Source of the DNA: Vitrella brassicaformis CCMP3155 | Lineage: Eukaryota > Protista > Chromerida | Direction of reading: 5' to 3' | Length of the DNA stretch: 64,000 nt | Assembly: GCA_001179505.1 (NCBI GenBank) | Contig: CDMY01000486.1 | Location: 3,722 to 67,721 of the forward strand | Shown here: in pieces, positions 24,294 through 36,567 of the stretch | How positions within the stretch are numbered: the first letter of the stretch is position 1 | How the letters are laid out: every line of letters starts with the position of its first letter | Notes under the pieces: model-generated | Seen by the model: only the letters and a program-made list of their open reading frames with translations | Databases searched by the model: none | What the model was told of the DNA's origin: nothing | Program-made: the position numbers and the translations under genes

Positions 24294-26118
24294 ATGCCTC
24301 CTGGGCAACGTTCTTCCCCTCACCTGCTCGCCGTGGTGATCTCCTTCGCCTTTGCAATGAGCGCAGCTCAGCAGAGCTCGACATCTCATGAGGGAATTGC
24401 GGCAAGGCATCAACACACGCCGGGAGACACGCACAACCCACAGCGCCAGACTCTTGACGGCGGGGCTGAGACTCTTGCCGAGAAGCCCGAGTGCTTGATT
24501 GACCAATTCGCCCTGTGCGGAGGGGCGGATCAAAACGGAACGGTGAGCTCAGCTGGCCAAGGCAGGGCCCAGGGCAGATCTTGCGTCATTCTATGTATGT
24601 CTCTTGCGCATCCAGGCTGACGTGGCCCTTCCCTTTGTCCCGGCAGTCGCTCTGCATCCACACAGCAAGCCGGCATCATACACAAACACCACAGCGAGGG
24701 GGACTGCAAGGAACAAGTCCCTCGCGGCACTCGAGAGCATGACATTCTCTGCTCTGTTACAAGCCTAGACGACGGCCGACATCTTCTACCATTGTGTCAT
24801 GCTTCCTCTAATCCTACTGGCCGCCACCTTTCTGTGGGCCATGGAGTTCCCAGCCACATCAAGGCTTGGCTCTCTCTATGATGGAGTCCCCTCACTTTTT
24901 CCCTTCTTCCGCTTCGCCGTGTGCGCCATCCTTCTCGTCCCCTTCGTGCTATGGGCTGTCTTGTCTGTCAAGGACGCCTTCACGCGACTATTCGGCTTAT
25001 CAACCATCTTGTGCTCGGTCTGTCTCTTTCTCGGATATCTGGGACAGACGTACGCTATCTCTTCTGGCCGGATGGCCTGGGCACAGACGAGCTTCGATTG
25101 CGCTCTTGCCTATCCGCTGTTCGGTCTGGTGGACATGTTCGCTTATGGTTCACACGATTGGAACACATGGGCGAGCATTGTCTTGGCTCCCGTCGGCTTT
25201 CTGCTCAGCCGAGTGCGTCTCTTTCCCACGGACCCCTCGCCACAAATGGACCGCAACTATACAACAGCCGCCCTGCTGCAGCTCTTCTTCGTATTTGCGA
25301 GTCTGTCGGGTGGGTTGGGGACGATCGGCCATTCCCATGTCCGGCAGGCATGTCCACACAACGTCGTCGCCTGCATGCTCGCGAGGATTGGAGTGCAGTG
25401 CTTGATGGCGTCTCTCCTCTTTCTAATCTTCACCGTGGGGGCAGTCTTTGCGAGAATGGGCTACTTCTCCTTCTCATCCGTCGCCCGTGCTCTTCGCAGG
25501 CCCCTTGAGGTCGTTACCACGCAAGGAAAGGGGCGTCTTGTCATCTGGTCTATGCTTCTGTTGACGTCCGTGGGTACACTCATCTTCTGCCCCCTTAGTG
25601 TGTCTCTCTCCCTCCCCCACGACTTCTCCGGCCTCAAGCCTCGGTATCCGCTGTTGCGGACAGTGTGTGCGGCTCTGCTTGCAAGCCAGCCCGGGTGGAG
25701 TCTTCTGACGCAGAGAATGAGACACAGTGAGTGCTGGAAAAAGAGACATTTCAGAAACTGTTGCATGAGTCGGTTTGTGGTGGGTTGCTTGAACGGCAGG
25801 CGGGCAGAGGCGGCATCGGCAGAGGCAGGTGACGATTGGCCCTTCAGTCGGGGCCGTGCTTATCGCGCTGACCTCCTGCTTGGCGCTCAGCGGAAGGCAT
25901 TCACCAATGACCCATGGCGTGTTTCATTGATGCCTGCTTGCATTGCAATGCGACAAGAACCCTTGCATGAGCGGTGTGGTGTGCATTTCAATGCGATATA
26001 CTCAACAAGTGGTGGTGCTCAACAAACTCATTTACGCTTAAAAGGTCGCAGACCCGTTGCTCAGGGAAGGATCCAAGGAAGGAAAGATCCCCTCGCTCCA
26101 GGTGACGACATAGGGTGA
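24294..26118 (+). CDS. Divergent EamA/DMT-superfamily transporter-like membrane protein; probable exon 1 (24294-24542) with N-terminal hydrophobic leader, exon 2 (24769-26118)
   Basis: LLAATFLWAMEFP...FFRFAVCAILLVPF...CLFLGYLGQTYAI...WASIVLAPVGFLL and a second repeat ending AALLASQPGWSLL follow the EamA pattern. Phase-0 donor ACG|GTGAGC at 24543 and acceptor CCTAG| at 24768 join the frames. C-terminal region looks degenerate. Confidence 0.55.
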
Positions 26119-26194
26119 CACGGTCATTCACGCGACACCCCCGATGTCCTGCTATGTGTTGACAGGCACTTCACCACATAGTCGGACGAGCAAC

Positions 26195-27327
26195 GAGATG
26201 AGCACCGAGAAACTTTCACTGAAGGCACGCCGGTTCGCCGTCTTTCCTCTCTGTTGGGCCCTTGCTCCACTCATCTCGAGTCTGGCTGGCCGCTCCTGGT
26301 CGCGCTGTACGGCCTTCGCTTCAAGGGAGCTGTCCCTCATGAAGATTGAGCAATGGACGAGTCTACAGTTCTACGAGCTGGAGGTCGAGCTCCACCGTGT
26401 CTGCCGTGACAGCGAAGAAGTTGACTGCTTTGCGTCGGGGGACGTCCGCTGTGCCAGTGAGAGCGTTAAGACGCCTCTCACTGGCGAACTGCAGTTCAAG
26501 GACTGCAAGGAGAGCGTCAAGACTCGTGAGCGCCTGAGAGAGCAACCTGACGTCGTCCACTGTCGCTGCCGAGCATCCTATGACTTCCTGATCGACAAAG
26601 CAGCTGGAAACGACGAGATGGAGGCTATGTGGCGGAAGGCCAAGGCAGTGGGCATCAAGTTCTACGTCACGGCGAGTCTGGCTCTTTTCTTGACGGTTGT
26701 GGCTTGCTGTGGCTTTGGATGTCTGGAGGCCGCTATCCAGTCTCGGAAACCCCTTAAAGTGATTGACCTGTCCATGGCAGCTGTGCTGGGCGGCGTCTTG
26801 CTTCTCGTGCTGTACGGATTGCTGTCCTTTCGTTCCGCTCGTGGTTCTGTTAGCATCGTCTCCAAAGATGAGCTGCATGAAACGAAGTGGACATCCGGAC
26901 CGGCGGTGTGGAGTGGCATCTCTGTTCTCGTTTTTCTCGGCTTTGCGCTCTGGATCTACTTCGGTGGAGTGCTATCGGATGTGTGTGACGGCAGTACACA
27001 GAGGACGGCGCTGCCACAGCACAACGTCCCTCCGATGCCACAGCAGAACGTCCCTCCTGAGGTAGTGGGGAACCCGCAGGATTGCTGATGGCCAATGAGC
27101 GCCCTTTCTTGGCTGGCCTAGTGCTGTGTTTCGTGTTGGTGAAGGCCGCTCTGGGGTGTGGGGTGTGTGGTCAGTTTTTCTGTCGTTCTTTGTGGTACGT
27201 GTCTGTCCTAGTAAGAGTAAGTTTATGAGCGACAGACCGCCTCGACGAAGGCAGATATGTAGACACAGGCAGATCTGATAGGTCATTTTCATCCAGTGCA
27301 CTGTACATGTAGAAACCTGAGCTCGAC
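26195..27327 (+). repeat. Inverted segmental duplication, arm 2 (partner 16393..17555)
   Basis: Homology starts at GAGATGAGC (start codon) and ends at ...CTGAGCTCGAC. Confidence 0.92.
26198..27088 (+). CDS. Intronless four-TM claudin/PMP22-like membrane protein (paralog B)
   Basis: MSTEKLSLKARRF... is clearly alignable to paralog A throughout, with long identical stretches such as FASRELSLMKIEQWTSLQ and KESVKTRERLREQPDVVHC. Confidence 0.72.
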   Translation: MSTEKLSLKARRFAVFPLCWALAPLISSLAGRSWSRCTAFASRELSLMKIEQWTSLQFYELEVELHRVCRDSEEVDCFASGDVRCASESVKTPLTGELQFKDCKESVKTRERLREQPDVVHCRCRASYDFLIDKAAGNDEMEAMWRKAKAVGIKFYVTASLALFLTVVACCGFGCLEAAIQSRKPLKVIDLSMAAVLGGVLLLVLYGLLSFRSARGSVSIVSKDELHETKWTSGPAVWSGISVLVFLGFALWIYFGGVLSDVCDGSTQRTALPQHNVPPMPQQNVPPEVVGNPQDC

Positions 27328-27487
27328 TGACTGGACGGGCAGGGGTCTACGTAAAACAAATGAACAGCACGCTTGCCGCTGGCAGAGAACCATAAAAGGG
27401 CGAAGGTACAAGTGACGACATCTTTCTTCTTTCTCAAGCAGGGAGTCGGTTGGTTTCCCTCCCTCCCTCAGGCCTGCCGTCGCTTCT

Positions 27488-28369
27488 ATGGGCTGTGCCG
27501 CCTACCACCCATGCTCCCGCTGTGCTATGATATCCATCCTTCTGGCCTGTGAGCTGGTCCTCTTGCCGCTGACCGGATCATTCTGGCGTGAGGCCGAATC
27601 AGCACACGCTAGCTATGGCCAGTGGAGCTATGGAAGGATCGTAGTGAAGCAGCGCATGGGTCTTCAATTCTACACGGTGACCGTGGTGGTGCACAGGTGC
27701 AGTTCTGACGTTACGGCCTGCTTTGCACGGAATGGTGTTCACTGCCGTGACAAGAGCGTCCAAGCGCCTCCATTCGGCGACTCGGAGGTGGCCTTTGAGC
27801 AGTGCCACATGGTGCTATCGGAGGTATCTGCCTTCAGCTCGTTCTGCTCGTCCTGGTCGTCTTACGGCCGTCTGCGTGACAAGGCGGCGGAGCGGGATGA
27901 CCACAAGATGAAGGCGGCCTGGGACAAGATGAAGTGGGCTGGCATCCTTGTCTACTGGGCATCGAGTGCGGCATTCGCATTGGCTGCAGCTGGGCTAGTA
28001 TGTGAATGCCGCAAGCCGACCAATCTGGCGACCGGCACCATGATATCTGCGGCCTTTGTCTTGGTGCTTCTCGGTGGGGTTCTTTGGCGCGATTGGCCTG
28101 GACACGACCTCTGCTTTGGAAACGGCGACATGCACGGCGCCGAGTGCTCTTTGGGGTTCGCAGCGACATGGTTTGGCAGGTCCTTCTACCTGTTCTCTTT
28201 CGGCGTGTTTCTCTATTGGGGTGCCTTGGCGAAAGACACGCTGTCGAAGAGGAGGTCTTCCCTGCCGCCGCCTGTCCCATTTCCGCAGCCTCCAGCTCAT
28301 CCACTGCCGGCTGTTGTGGGCAATGTCACAAAGGACTCGACGGGGGGAGATTGGGAAGGCGACAGCTGA
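27488..28369 (+). CDS. Intronless four-TM claudin/PMP22-like membrane protein (diverged paralog C)
   Basis: Shares family motifs: LTGSFW, VVKQRMGLQFYTVTVVVHRC (cf. KIEQWTSLQFYELEVELHRVC), ACFA...C.DKSVQAP, DKAAERDDHKMKAAWDKMKWAG (cf. DKAAGNDEMEAMWRKAKAVG), three C-terminal TMs, AVVGN tail. Confidence 0.68.
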   Translation: MGCAAYHPCSRCAMISILLACELVLLPLTGSFWREAESAHASYGQWSYGRIVVKQRMGLQFYTVTVVVHRCSSDVTACFARNGVHCRDKSVQAPPFGDSEVAFEQCHMVLSEVSAFSSFCSSWSSYGRLRDKAAERDDHKMKAAWDKMKWAGILVYWASSAAFALAAAGLVCECRKPTNLATGTMISAAFVLVLLGGVLWRDWPGHDLCFGNGDMHGAECSLGFAATWFGRSFYLFSFGVFLYWGALAKDTLSKRRSSLPPPVPFPQPPAHPLPAVVGNVTKDSTGGDWEGDS

Positions 28370-29654
28370 CACTGACACGTGATGCGATCGATGTGTATAC
28401 CAAGACGGCCGGTTGACCAGCCAGTATGTAGATAGATAGATACGATAGATACGTGTTTGTTTGATGAATGAAGCTGTCTGTCTGTATTTGGTCAAGATGA
28501 GGGACTGCACTCGTGTCGTCTTGCCTGGTTGATGGATTGATCGGCACAATGTAGACTACTCTTTCGTCGGTCGTACGGCTGTGTTGCTGTCGCTCTCTCG
28601 CTGTGTGATTTTTTGCGTCGTTTGGCTGCCTGCCTTGGCACATACATAGACAACGTGACCATGCCTTTGTTTCGTAAGGATGTGGCGTGAGGGACAAGGA
28701 AAAGCCCATATGCATCGGCTGAAGGATACACGCATTGAGCTCGTCAAGCAGGTGTCAGATTACGGACACTCTCACTCACTCACACAACATCTTCGCAAGA
28801 AGGTGTTCTCAGAGACCCACAGCAGCAGCAGCAGCAGCCAGGATCAATGCACACGACCAGCCGGGAATGATAGATACATAGAGGGGAGAAAGTTCGGTTC
28901 GGCAGCCTCATCGCTGCTGCAGGTCAAGTCTGTCTCTGTCGACAGCCAGCTGACAAATACATACATACATGGATTGAGAGGATGAGGATGGAGGGAAGAA
29001 GGCAGGCCAGGCAGAGCTTCCGGAAGGGAGAAGAATCTCCAGCCGAAGATATAATGATATAATTGACCTTAGTTAGTTGCTACAGTCATTCTCGCATCCA
29101 ACATGCAGGGATGCGTGTCTGTGCATGGTATGGTCCCCCAATGCCATCCCACACCTGAGCCAGACACGAGACTGGCATCGTGTGACTAGGGTGAAGGGTG
29201 ACAACAAGAAACCATGCATGAGACACGCAAACACACTGCAGCAGGCAGGGATGTCGTTCGTCATACCCCACGACAGACAGAGTGCCGTTCAGCCCTGTCT
29301 GTGGTTCTGGTGCTTTCCGATGCCCCACGCGCACGTGATCTCTCGCAACCTCCGTCTGGCAGCGAGAAACGCCGTGCGAGGTCCTCACCGCAACCGCGCC
29401 AGAACCACAAACCAGCGGATGGAAATCGGCTGGCCCACACAGCCACGAAGCAATAGGCAGACAGTTAGGCATAGAGGCAGAGAGACGAGAAAGATAGGGA
29501 GGCCCCGATCCATTCACAGGCACAGGGAAATGCAAGCCAGGAGTGAGTCCGTTCTGTACACCCAGGCAGGCCGATCGCCCAGAAAAGCGACTCAGCACCC
29601 ACCGCAAACACAACCCAACCCGCCACCACCCACCCCGGGCATCCATCCACTCAT

Positions 29655-30249
29655 TCAGGATCGCGCATAATCCACACGCTGAGGAGGACAGGACAACACA
29701 CACACACACACACACACACGGCACACAGGGCGACATCTGATCTGGCTGGTGCCTGTGTGTGTGTCCCCCATCCCATCCAGCCCGCTGAGCTGACCTTTCT
29801 GTCCCTGAGTTCTCGTCCGTCGGCCGTCACGCGCACCTTGCGCTCGCGCAGAGGGGGGAAGGGGGGGATTTCTGATGGGTGGGTGCCATGCACACATGAC
29901 ATGGACGCCGACATGGATGGATGGATGGATGGGGTGTGGTGCTGCATTGGTGTCCGTAAGGCCTTGTGGTCCGGCTTACGTCTCATGTGTTCCCTGACGT
30001 CCTTGGGGTGCCACTTGTTTGGGTACGGCCGCAGTGGGGGCTGACACACAGCTGCAGCGCACCACACACAGCCAACCACACGCACACGCACACACACACA
30101 CATACATAAGTGTGCAGACAGACCACTCAGTCAAGCCAGGTAGGTGGCGTGACTCACTCACCATCAAAGTTGAATGCGTTCGGTGTCTGAATGAGGATCG
30201 CCAAGGCCCTCTCGATGTCATACTTGGCGAAACGCAACACCTGCACACA

Positions 30250-30281
<32 letters not shown>

Positions 30282-33056
30282 TGCAGCCCTGGATGTGTGT
30301 GTGTGTGTCAGTTGTGGCCTGGCTAGCTGTCTTGCTGGCTCACACCCCGACCGACCGAGAGAGCGAACTCGTCATAGTAGGGGACATTGAGCAGCCAATT
30401 CCGCTTCGCAGACGACAGGTAACTCGACACTGACAAATACACACCAACACACACATTGCCCCCCTTCCCCTCCCTCCCTCCCTCCCTCTCCCTCCTGTGT
30501 GTGTCTCGTCTCTTACAGGCCTGGTGATGGTCCCCCTCGTAGAAGGGGATGTCAGTCCCCTCCCCCGGCCCGCCCTCATCGTCCACCCCGTTCACCATGC
30601 CCCCATAGAACATCATGTGGTGGTGGTGGTTGGCCCGCCGGTGGGTGTCCCGCGCCCTCCTCTCCCGCTGCCGCCGCTTCTTCTCGCGCGCGAAGGCCTG
30701 TTCCCACTGGAGGGATGACCACAGACAGAGGGACCGGTCGCCCGCCAGCTTCTGGTAGTCGACCTCCATTCCTGTGTGTGTGTGTGGCAGACGGACAGAC
30801 AGACAGGGGAGAGAGGGAGAGATGGTGAGGTGCGAGTGCGTGGGGGCGGAAGGATGTTTAAAATTGGCTCACCGCTCGGCCCTGCCGTGAGGAAGATCTC
30901 AGGGATGTTCTTATCGGGCACCTGACGGACAGAACCGACAGACACATTTATTTGAGGCGGGTCTCTCTCTCTGTGTCTGTGTGTGTGTGTGTGTGTGTAT
31001 GGGTGTGCGTGTGTGTGTGTGTTAGCGAACCTGGTAGGCCCCTCCGACCCTGATGTGCCCGCGGCAGGTGCCCTCGCTCTTGGCCTTACGGCGACCTCGA
31101 CTGACACACAGACATCCATTTATCCATCCATCCACGGCTTCCCATCGCGTCGTGTCTGTCTGTTGCCTTGTCTCTTCCTTACAGGCTGTCGAGGATCTGC
31201 GGTGTCTGCTTCCTCCTCTCCTCAACCACCGCCAGGTAGTTCTGACTCCCACCACTACCGGCTCCACCAGCAGCGCCAGGCTTCTCGCGGATAACGCCCC
31301 GAAGATCTGAATGTCAGTCAACCCAACACACAGACAGACAGACACACATTCAACCGTGATTTCACTCACTCTGGTCAGTCAGGGTGGGTGTATAATGCGT
31401 GTGTGTACCTAATGTGCCGGCGCAGTAGCAGCATGACCATTCCACCTCCTCGGGCGGCGGGGAAGACATCTTCAGACACTGATACACACACCGATGGACA
31501 CACACACACACACAGTTGTCCAATAGGCAGGCGCTCTGTGCAGTTTTGTTGGCCGCTTGGTTGGTTTCTCGGTGTCCTTACGCTGATATGGAAGGCCCTG
31601 CGGCATGTGTCGCAGCACAGCAGCTCGCCGTGAAGCTGACACAACGACACACCACAGACACACCACAGACACACCACAGACAGAGATGACATCCCGCCCG
31701 CCCCCGTGTGTGTGTGTGTGTGTATCGCCCCGCCTGCTCTGCTTACGTTGCACAGGTTGCATACGGAGTCGTGGTCGTCATCTGATTCCGGGGCCTTGTC
31801 GTCGTCGCGCATGTGCTTGTTGCCGCGACGTCTCGCGGGGGCTGCTGCAGGCCTCTCGCGCCGACTGGCAAAACAAAACGACACACGCACATCCACCACA
31901 CCACAAACTAGAGGGCATGTCATGTGTGTCCGTGAGTGAGTGTGTGTGCCGTGCCGGCCGGGTGGTAATACCCGTTAGCCACCAATGGACGTCGGTCCCA
32001 TGGCTGTCTGTCCGTGGGCGACCCGCTGCCGCTCCTCGACCTACGGCCATTGCGAACCTCATCTGCACACACACACACACACACACAAAACACGTGGACG
32101 TCTGGCATCAATGACACGAGAGGGAGTGAGTGGATCGCGGCGTGGTTGCTCGCTCACCACACAGGGGGCATATCCAGGGATCAGCGTCAGGTGGGAACTC
32201 CCCTATCCGGAAGCCGGAGCACTGACACACACACGAATGTGTTTCATGTCGGCCTGCTGCAGGGGTATGAGGGCTGGCTGACTCACCGTGTTGTGCCACG
32301 CGCGTGGGCATGTGTCGCAGCAGATGAGCGTGCCATGCTTCTGCAGATCCACACACATCCACACACACACACACACACAAAACAATCATGCCATGCATCT
32401 GTGTGTGGTCTCAGTGTCCATCCCACTCCCCACCCCCTCCCATCCCCTCATCCCCTCACTCACGCCGCATTTGAAGCAGACTTCGTCATGCTGCCCCCTG
32501 TAGAGCTCATGGTCCGCTATCACCATGGGCTTCCCGCCCTTGCCCTTGGCTCGCTTCCGATCACCCCCGCCCCCACTACCACCCACAATGCAGCCCACAC
32601 CCACACCCTCACTCCACTGACGCTTCTTCTCGTTCTCGAGAACACCGTTGTGATGCTGTCGCGGCTGCTGCTGCTGCTGGTGGTGGTTGTCTTGCGGGGA
32701 TCTCTCCCCCGCTGCCGCTTCCGCTTCCTCCTCGCTGGCCAATGGGGGCGATGCTGGTGAGTCCTTTGGGGCAGATGGTGGTATGGGGATGGCCGGGAGG
32801 GGGGGCCGTTCACCATTAGCTATGTTCCCATCATATTCACCGTTGCCATTGCCATTTGCGGCGGGGGAGGGCGAGCGGGACGACGGGCGGCTGGAGCGCT
32901 CGTTGGGGTGAGGGGAGGAGGGGGACGGGAGCAGGGGTGCCTCTGCACACACACAGACACACGCAGACGCGCACACAGGGGTGTGGGTGGGGTGCAGTCA
33001 CCATGTGCCAGCGTACCTTGATTCTGCCGGGTGTCCGTCCCCGGTTGCTCCATCAT
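29655..33056 (-). CDS. Chromatin protein with two PHD fingers and an ELM2(-SANT)-like domain; multi-exon, both ends uncertain
   Basis: HDEVCFKC|..GTLICCDTCPRAWH..C...PWICPLC and HDSVCNLC|..GELLCCDTCRRAFHISC (PHD x2). QINVG..RQVP...CLWSSLQWE...YYDEFALS|VLRFAKYDIERALAIL resembles ELM2, followed by a KWHPKD SANT-like start. Confidence 0.78.
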
Positions 33057-33378
33057 GTGTGTGCTTGTCCCCTGCGCTCTGGCCACCTCCCTCGCCAGTC
33101 TGTGGGGCGCCTCCACAAACCACTGGACCAACCCACCAGGGCCAAACCAACGCGCCAGTTCTTGATCCTCTTCGCTTGAGCAGTCGAACACACGTCACGC
33201 GCTACGCCTCCTTTGCTCGTCGGACGGCTCTTTCTTCCTTGCTGCAGCGATCGACGTGCGAGCTTGAGGTTTGTGGTGACGGGCATTTTGCTTTTGAGGC
33301 ATGCGTGTGTGTGCCTCGAGGCCAGCTGAGGTCTTGAGGCGGCCCGTCTGACCCTCACAAGCGACCTTCTGCGTGACC

Positions 33379-36300
33379 ATGGTGAGAAAGCCCAACGAGA
33401 CAGTCGCCGGCACGCTGTGGCGCTTCCTCTCTTCTCCAGACAGCAGAGAGAGGCAGCCACGATGGGACTGACTGTGTTGTGGTTTGTGTGTGTTGAGTGT
33501 TCTTCTAGGAGTCTGAGGCAGTTGAGGAGAAATCCCCGGAGGTCCCTGAGCAGGAGCAGCAGCCGGAGGAGGACAGGGCGGCCGATGTCGACAATGCCAA
33601 TGACGTCGCACCGGCCGTCCCTGCTCCGGCTCCTGCCGATGCTGCCGGAGGTGATGGTGGTGCTGAGGAGGAGGAGGAAGTGTCTGAGCTACAGCCACAG
33701 CCAGAGCAGCCACCTGAGCCACAGCCCGCCGCAGCAGACGAGGCCAATGAGCCTCAGGTGTCCCACCCCAACAATGTCGAAGGAGAATCGTCCCCTGCTC
33801 CCCCGCCAGCCCCCATCCCCGAACCTGCGTCTGTGTCCGAGTCAGCTGCTGCTGTAGTCCAAGAGGCAGAGCAACACGAGGCCCCAGAGCCATCCCCAGC
33901 TCCAGCAGCCCCTGCACCTGCACCAGGCCCCGCAGCGGCCCTGCCGCCCAACGCCATCTCTCCCCCGTCGGGCGACCACCAGCCGTCGGTGCCCGGTGAG
34001 AGTTCAGCGTCGAGCAAGGCTAAGGCCAAGGCCAAGCGCAAGAGCCGCAAGCCAAAGCAGTCGGTGTTTGAGAGCAAACCCGAGCCCAGCAAGGCCGACG
34101 CGCGAGCGGGCGACAAGGACGCGGGTGGTGCGGCTGGGGGTGGGAGTGGGAGTGGTGGCGGTGGCGGTGGTGGTGGTCCGGTTCGGAGCGTCTTCGAGAG
34201 CCAGCCTGCGGATCGTGTCGCCGACTTTCACTCAGGTACTCCAGTAGACAAGCAGGCAGTCCACCCCACACGAGCAGTGTACGAGAACCAGCCGGTGCCT
34301 CGTGTGCATCACCACTACCACACACCCACACGCCTCTCCATCTTTGAACGCAAACCGCACCGCTCTTCGGCTGACACAGGTTCGAGAAGCCCACCCCCAA
34401 GGGACCTATCGCTCCCAGAGCCCAAATCCGTCTACGAGTCGGCACCCAGGGACGACGGCAAGCGAGCTGACTTCCGCTCCGGCGAGGCCCCCAAGCACAA
34501 CGGCGTGGGGGAGGCGGCCAAGGGCGGTGCCGGTGCTGTGGCCAAAAGCGTCTACGAGAACGTGCCGCAGAGCCGCGTCGCCGACTACAGCGCCCTCAAC
34601 AGGGGCGGGGGGGAGGACAGCCCCACCAAGGCAGCCGAGAAGGCCAAGACCGCCAAGTCGGTGTACGAGAGCACCCCTGCCGTCGGTGTGGCGGACTTCC
34701 GTGCCGGCGACAAGCAGGGGGGCGGTGGGGGCGGGGCTGGTGGTGGTGGTGGTCAGCCGCAGAGGAGTGTGTTTGAGAGTTCGCCGCCCGAGGACGCCAA
34801 GGCGGCGGATTTTGCTGCGTCGCGGCCGTCGGTGCCGCCTGCTGGCGCCGTGCAGAAGAGCGTCTTCGAGAACGCACCCAAAGAGGCTGAAGTGGCCGCC
34901 AGCTATCGAAGTGAGTCCCTGAGCCACAGGGAGGGCGGCAAAACATCCATCCATCCATCCCTCCATGTGTGTGTGTATGTGTTGGTCGTTGCTGTGTGCA
35001 GGTCAGCCGCCCGGTGCGGGTGGTGTGGGTAAGGAGGCGGCCGTGTCGAGCCGGTCGCTGTTTGAGAGCTCGCCGCAGCCATCGCAGGCTGCTGTGAGAT
35101 GGGACACTCCCGCTGCAGCAGCAGCACCCACTGGTCAGTCAGTCCATCAACTCAACCACACACAACACACACACACACACCCCACAAAGGACTCCTCCGT
35201 GATTGGGTGGTGGTCTGTCTGTCTGTCTATCTGTCTGTTCTGTCTGTGAGCAGAGAAGGGCAAGTCTACATATGAGAATGCCCCCAAGGAGTCGGGGGCG
35301 TCGTTCTCCTGGCGGACGGACGTCAAATCAAGTACCGTACCCAGCCACCGCCACAGCCATACACACACACACAGGGAGAGAGAGAGAGAGGGTGTGTTGT
35401 GTGATGGATGGCATCAGGTCCGGTCGCCAATGCACGTTCTGTGTTTGAGAACAAACCCAAGGACTCGCCCGCCACAGCCAAGTGGAACCAACAGGCCGGT
35501 ACGTACGTCAACCGCACACAAAGCATCCATCACAGACAACACACCACACTACACCGCAACACGCCACGCCACGCCCATTGATCCATCGTGTGTGTGTGGA
35601 TAATGGCGTGTGCTGTGCAGAGGCGTCGAGCGGGAAGCCTCAGCAGTCGGTGTACGAGAGCACTCCCCAGCAGTCGCGGGCATTCGTCGGATACTCGACA
35701 CGACTCGAACAGAAACAGGCGCCACAGCCATCCGTATTTGAGAACCAACCGAAGGTACGCAGCCAGCGGCACCTAGGCGAGAGAGAGAGAGAGAGAGAGA
35801 GCAGATGGTATATACAAAATGTTGCTCCTTGTCTTGTGTGTGTGCAGCCGTCTCGCTACGACGCCGGTGCTGCCTATGGTCCCGAAGACGATGACGAGTA
35901 CGAGTATGAGGATGACGACACCTCGCCACCGCCAGCCAGCGCACCACAGCCACCCCAGCAACGCCTCAAATTCGATGACAAGAAGGAAATGATGATGGCC
36001 CCACCACCCAATGCATCGGCCTCGCCCATCCCGCAGCAGCGACGACAGCACCAGCACCGGTCGTCTGCTCTGGGTGGCGAAGGGGAGGACGTCCACGCCG
36101 AGGTGGCCAAGACGCTCAACCAGGAGAGGGAGGCAGAAATGCGGTCAGATGCATCGCCGGCAGACGCTGCTGGACAGAAAGGTACCTGAGTGGCACTGCA
36201 GACCTGACACACACACACACACACACAGACAGTGCACTGACCTGAGGGAGAGAGGGGGTGTGGGGTGGGTGGCACTGCATGGCCCACCGCCGTGTGCATG

Positions 36301-36567
36301 GCGGCGTGGATGCAGTGTCCACACCCACTGCTGCTGGCGATTTGGTGCTTTCTTTGCGCAGTCGGGGCGGAGTCAAGCCACCACCACCAGGCCAACAACC
36401 AGGCCAACAACATCGATCTGCTGATGGATCGGTTGGAGAGGGAGGAGGTCCCGGCACACCTCATCAACAATTCAAACAGCAGCAGCCCTATCAACCTGAT
36501 GCAGATGCAACACCAGCAGGGGCAGCACCAGCAGCAGCAGCAGCAGCAGGGGGCGGAGGAATCCTGA
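33379..36567 (+). CDS. Disordered protein with about 14 [RKQ]-S-V-[FY]-E-x-x-P...AD[FY] repeats; ATG-only first exon (33379-33381), exon 2 from 33509
   Basis: ATG|GTGAGA donor and TTCTAG|GAG acceptor are in frame with ORF 33680..35032. Repeats continue over downstream exons. C-terminus NNIDLLMDRLEREEVP...QQQGAEES* at 36567. Confidence 0.7.

Noticed and set aside
24616-24768. In-frame TAG at 24766-24768 upstream of the EamA ORF suggesting a pseudogene or readthrough
   Set aside because: The same TAG serves as a phase-0 splice acceptor matching the 24543 donor, giving an uninterrupted model without invoking a stop.
28680-28985. 101-aa ORF and neighbouring ORFs at 29077-29736 in the intergenic region
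   Set aside because: No domain signature or convincing splice context; likely UTR or intergenic sequence.
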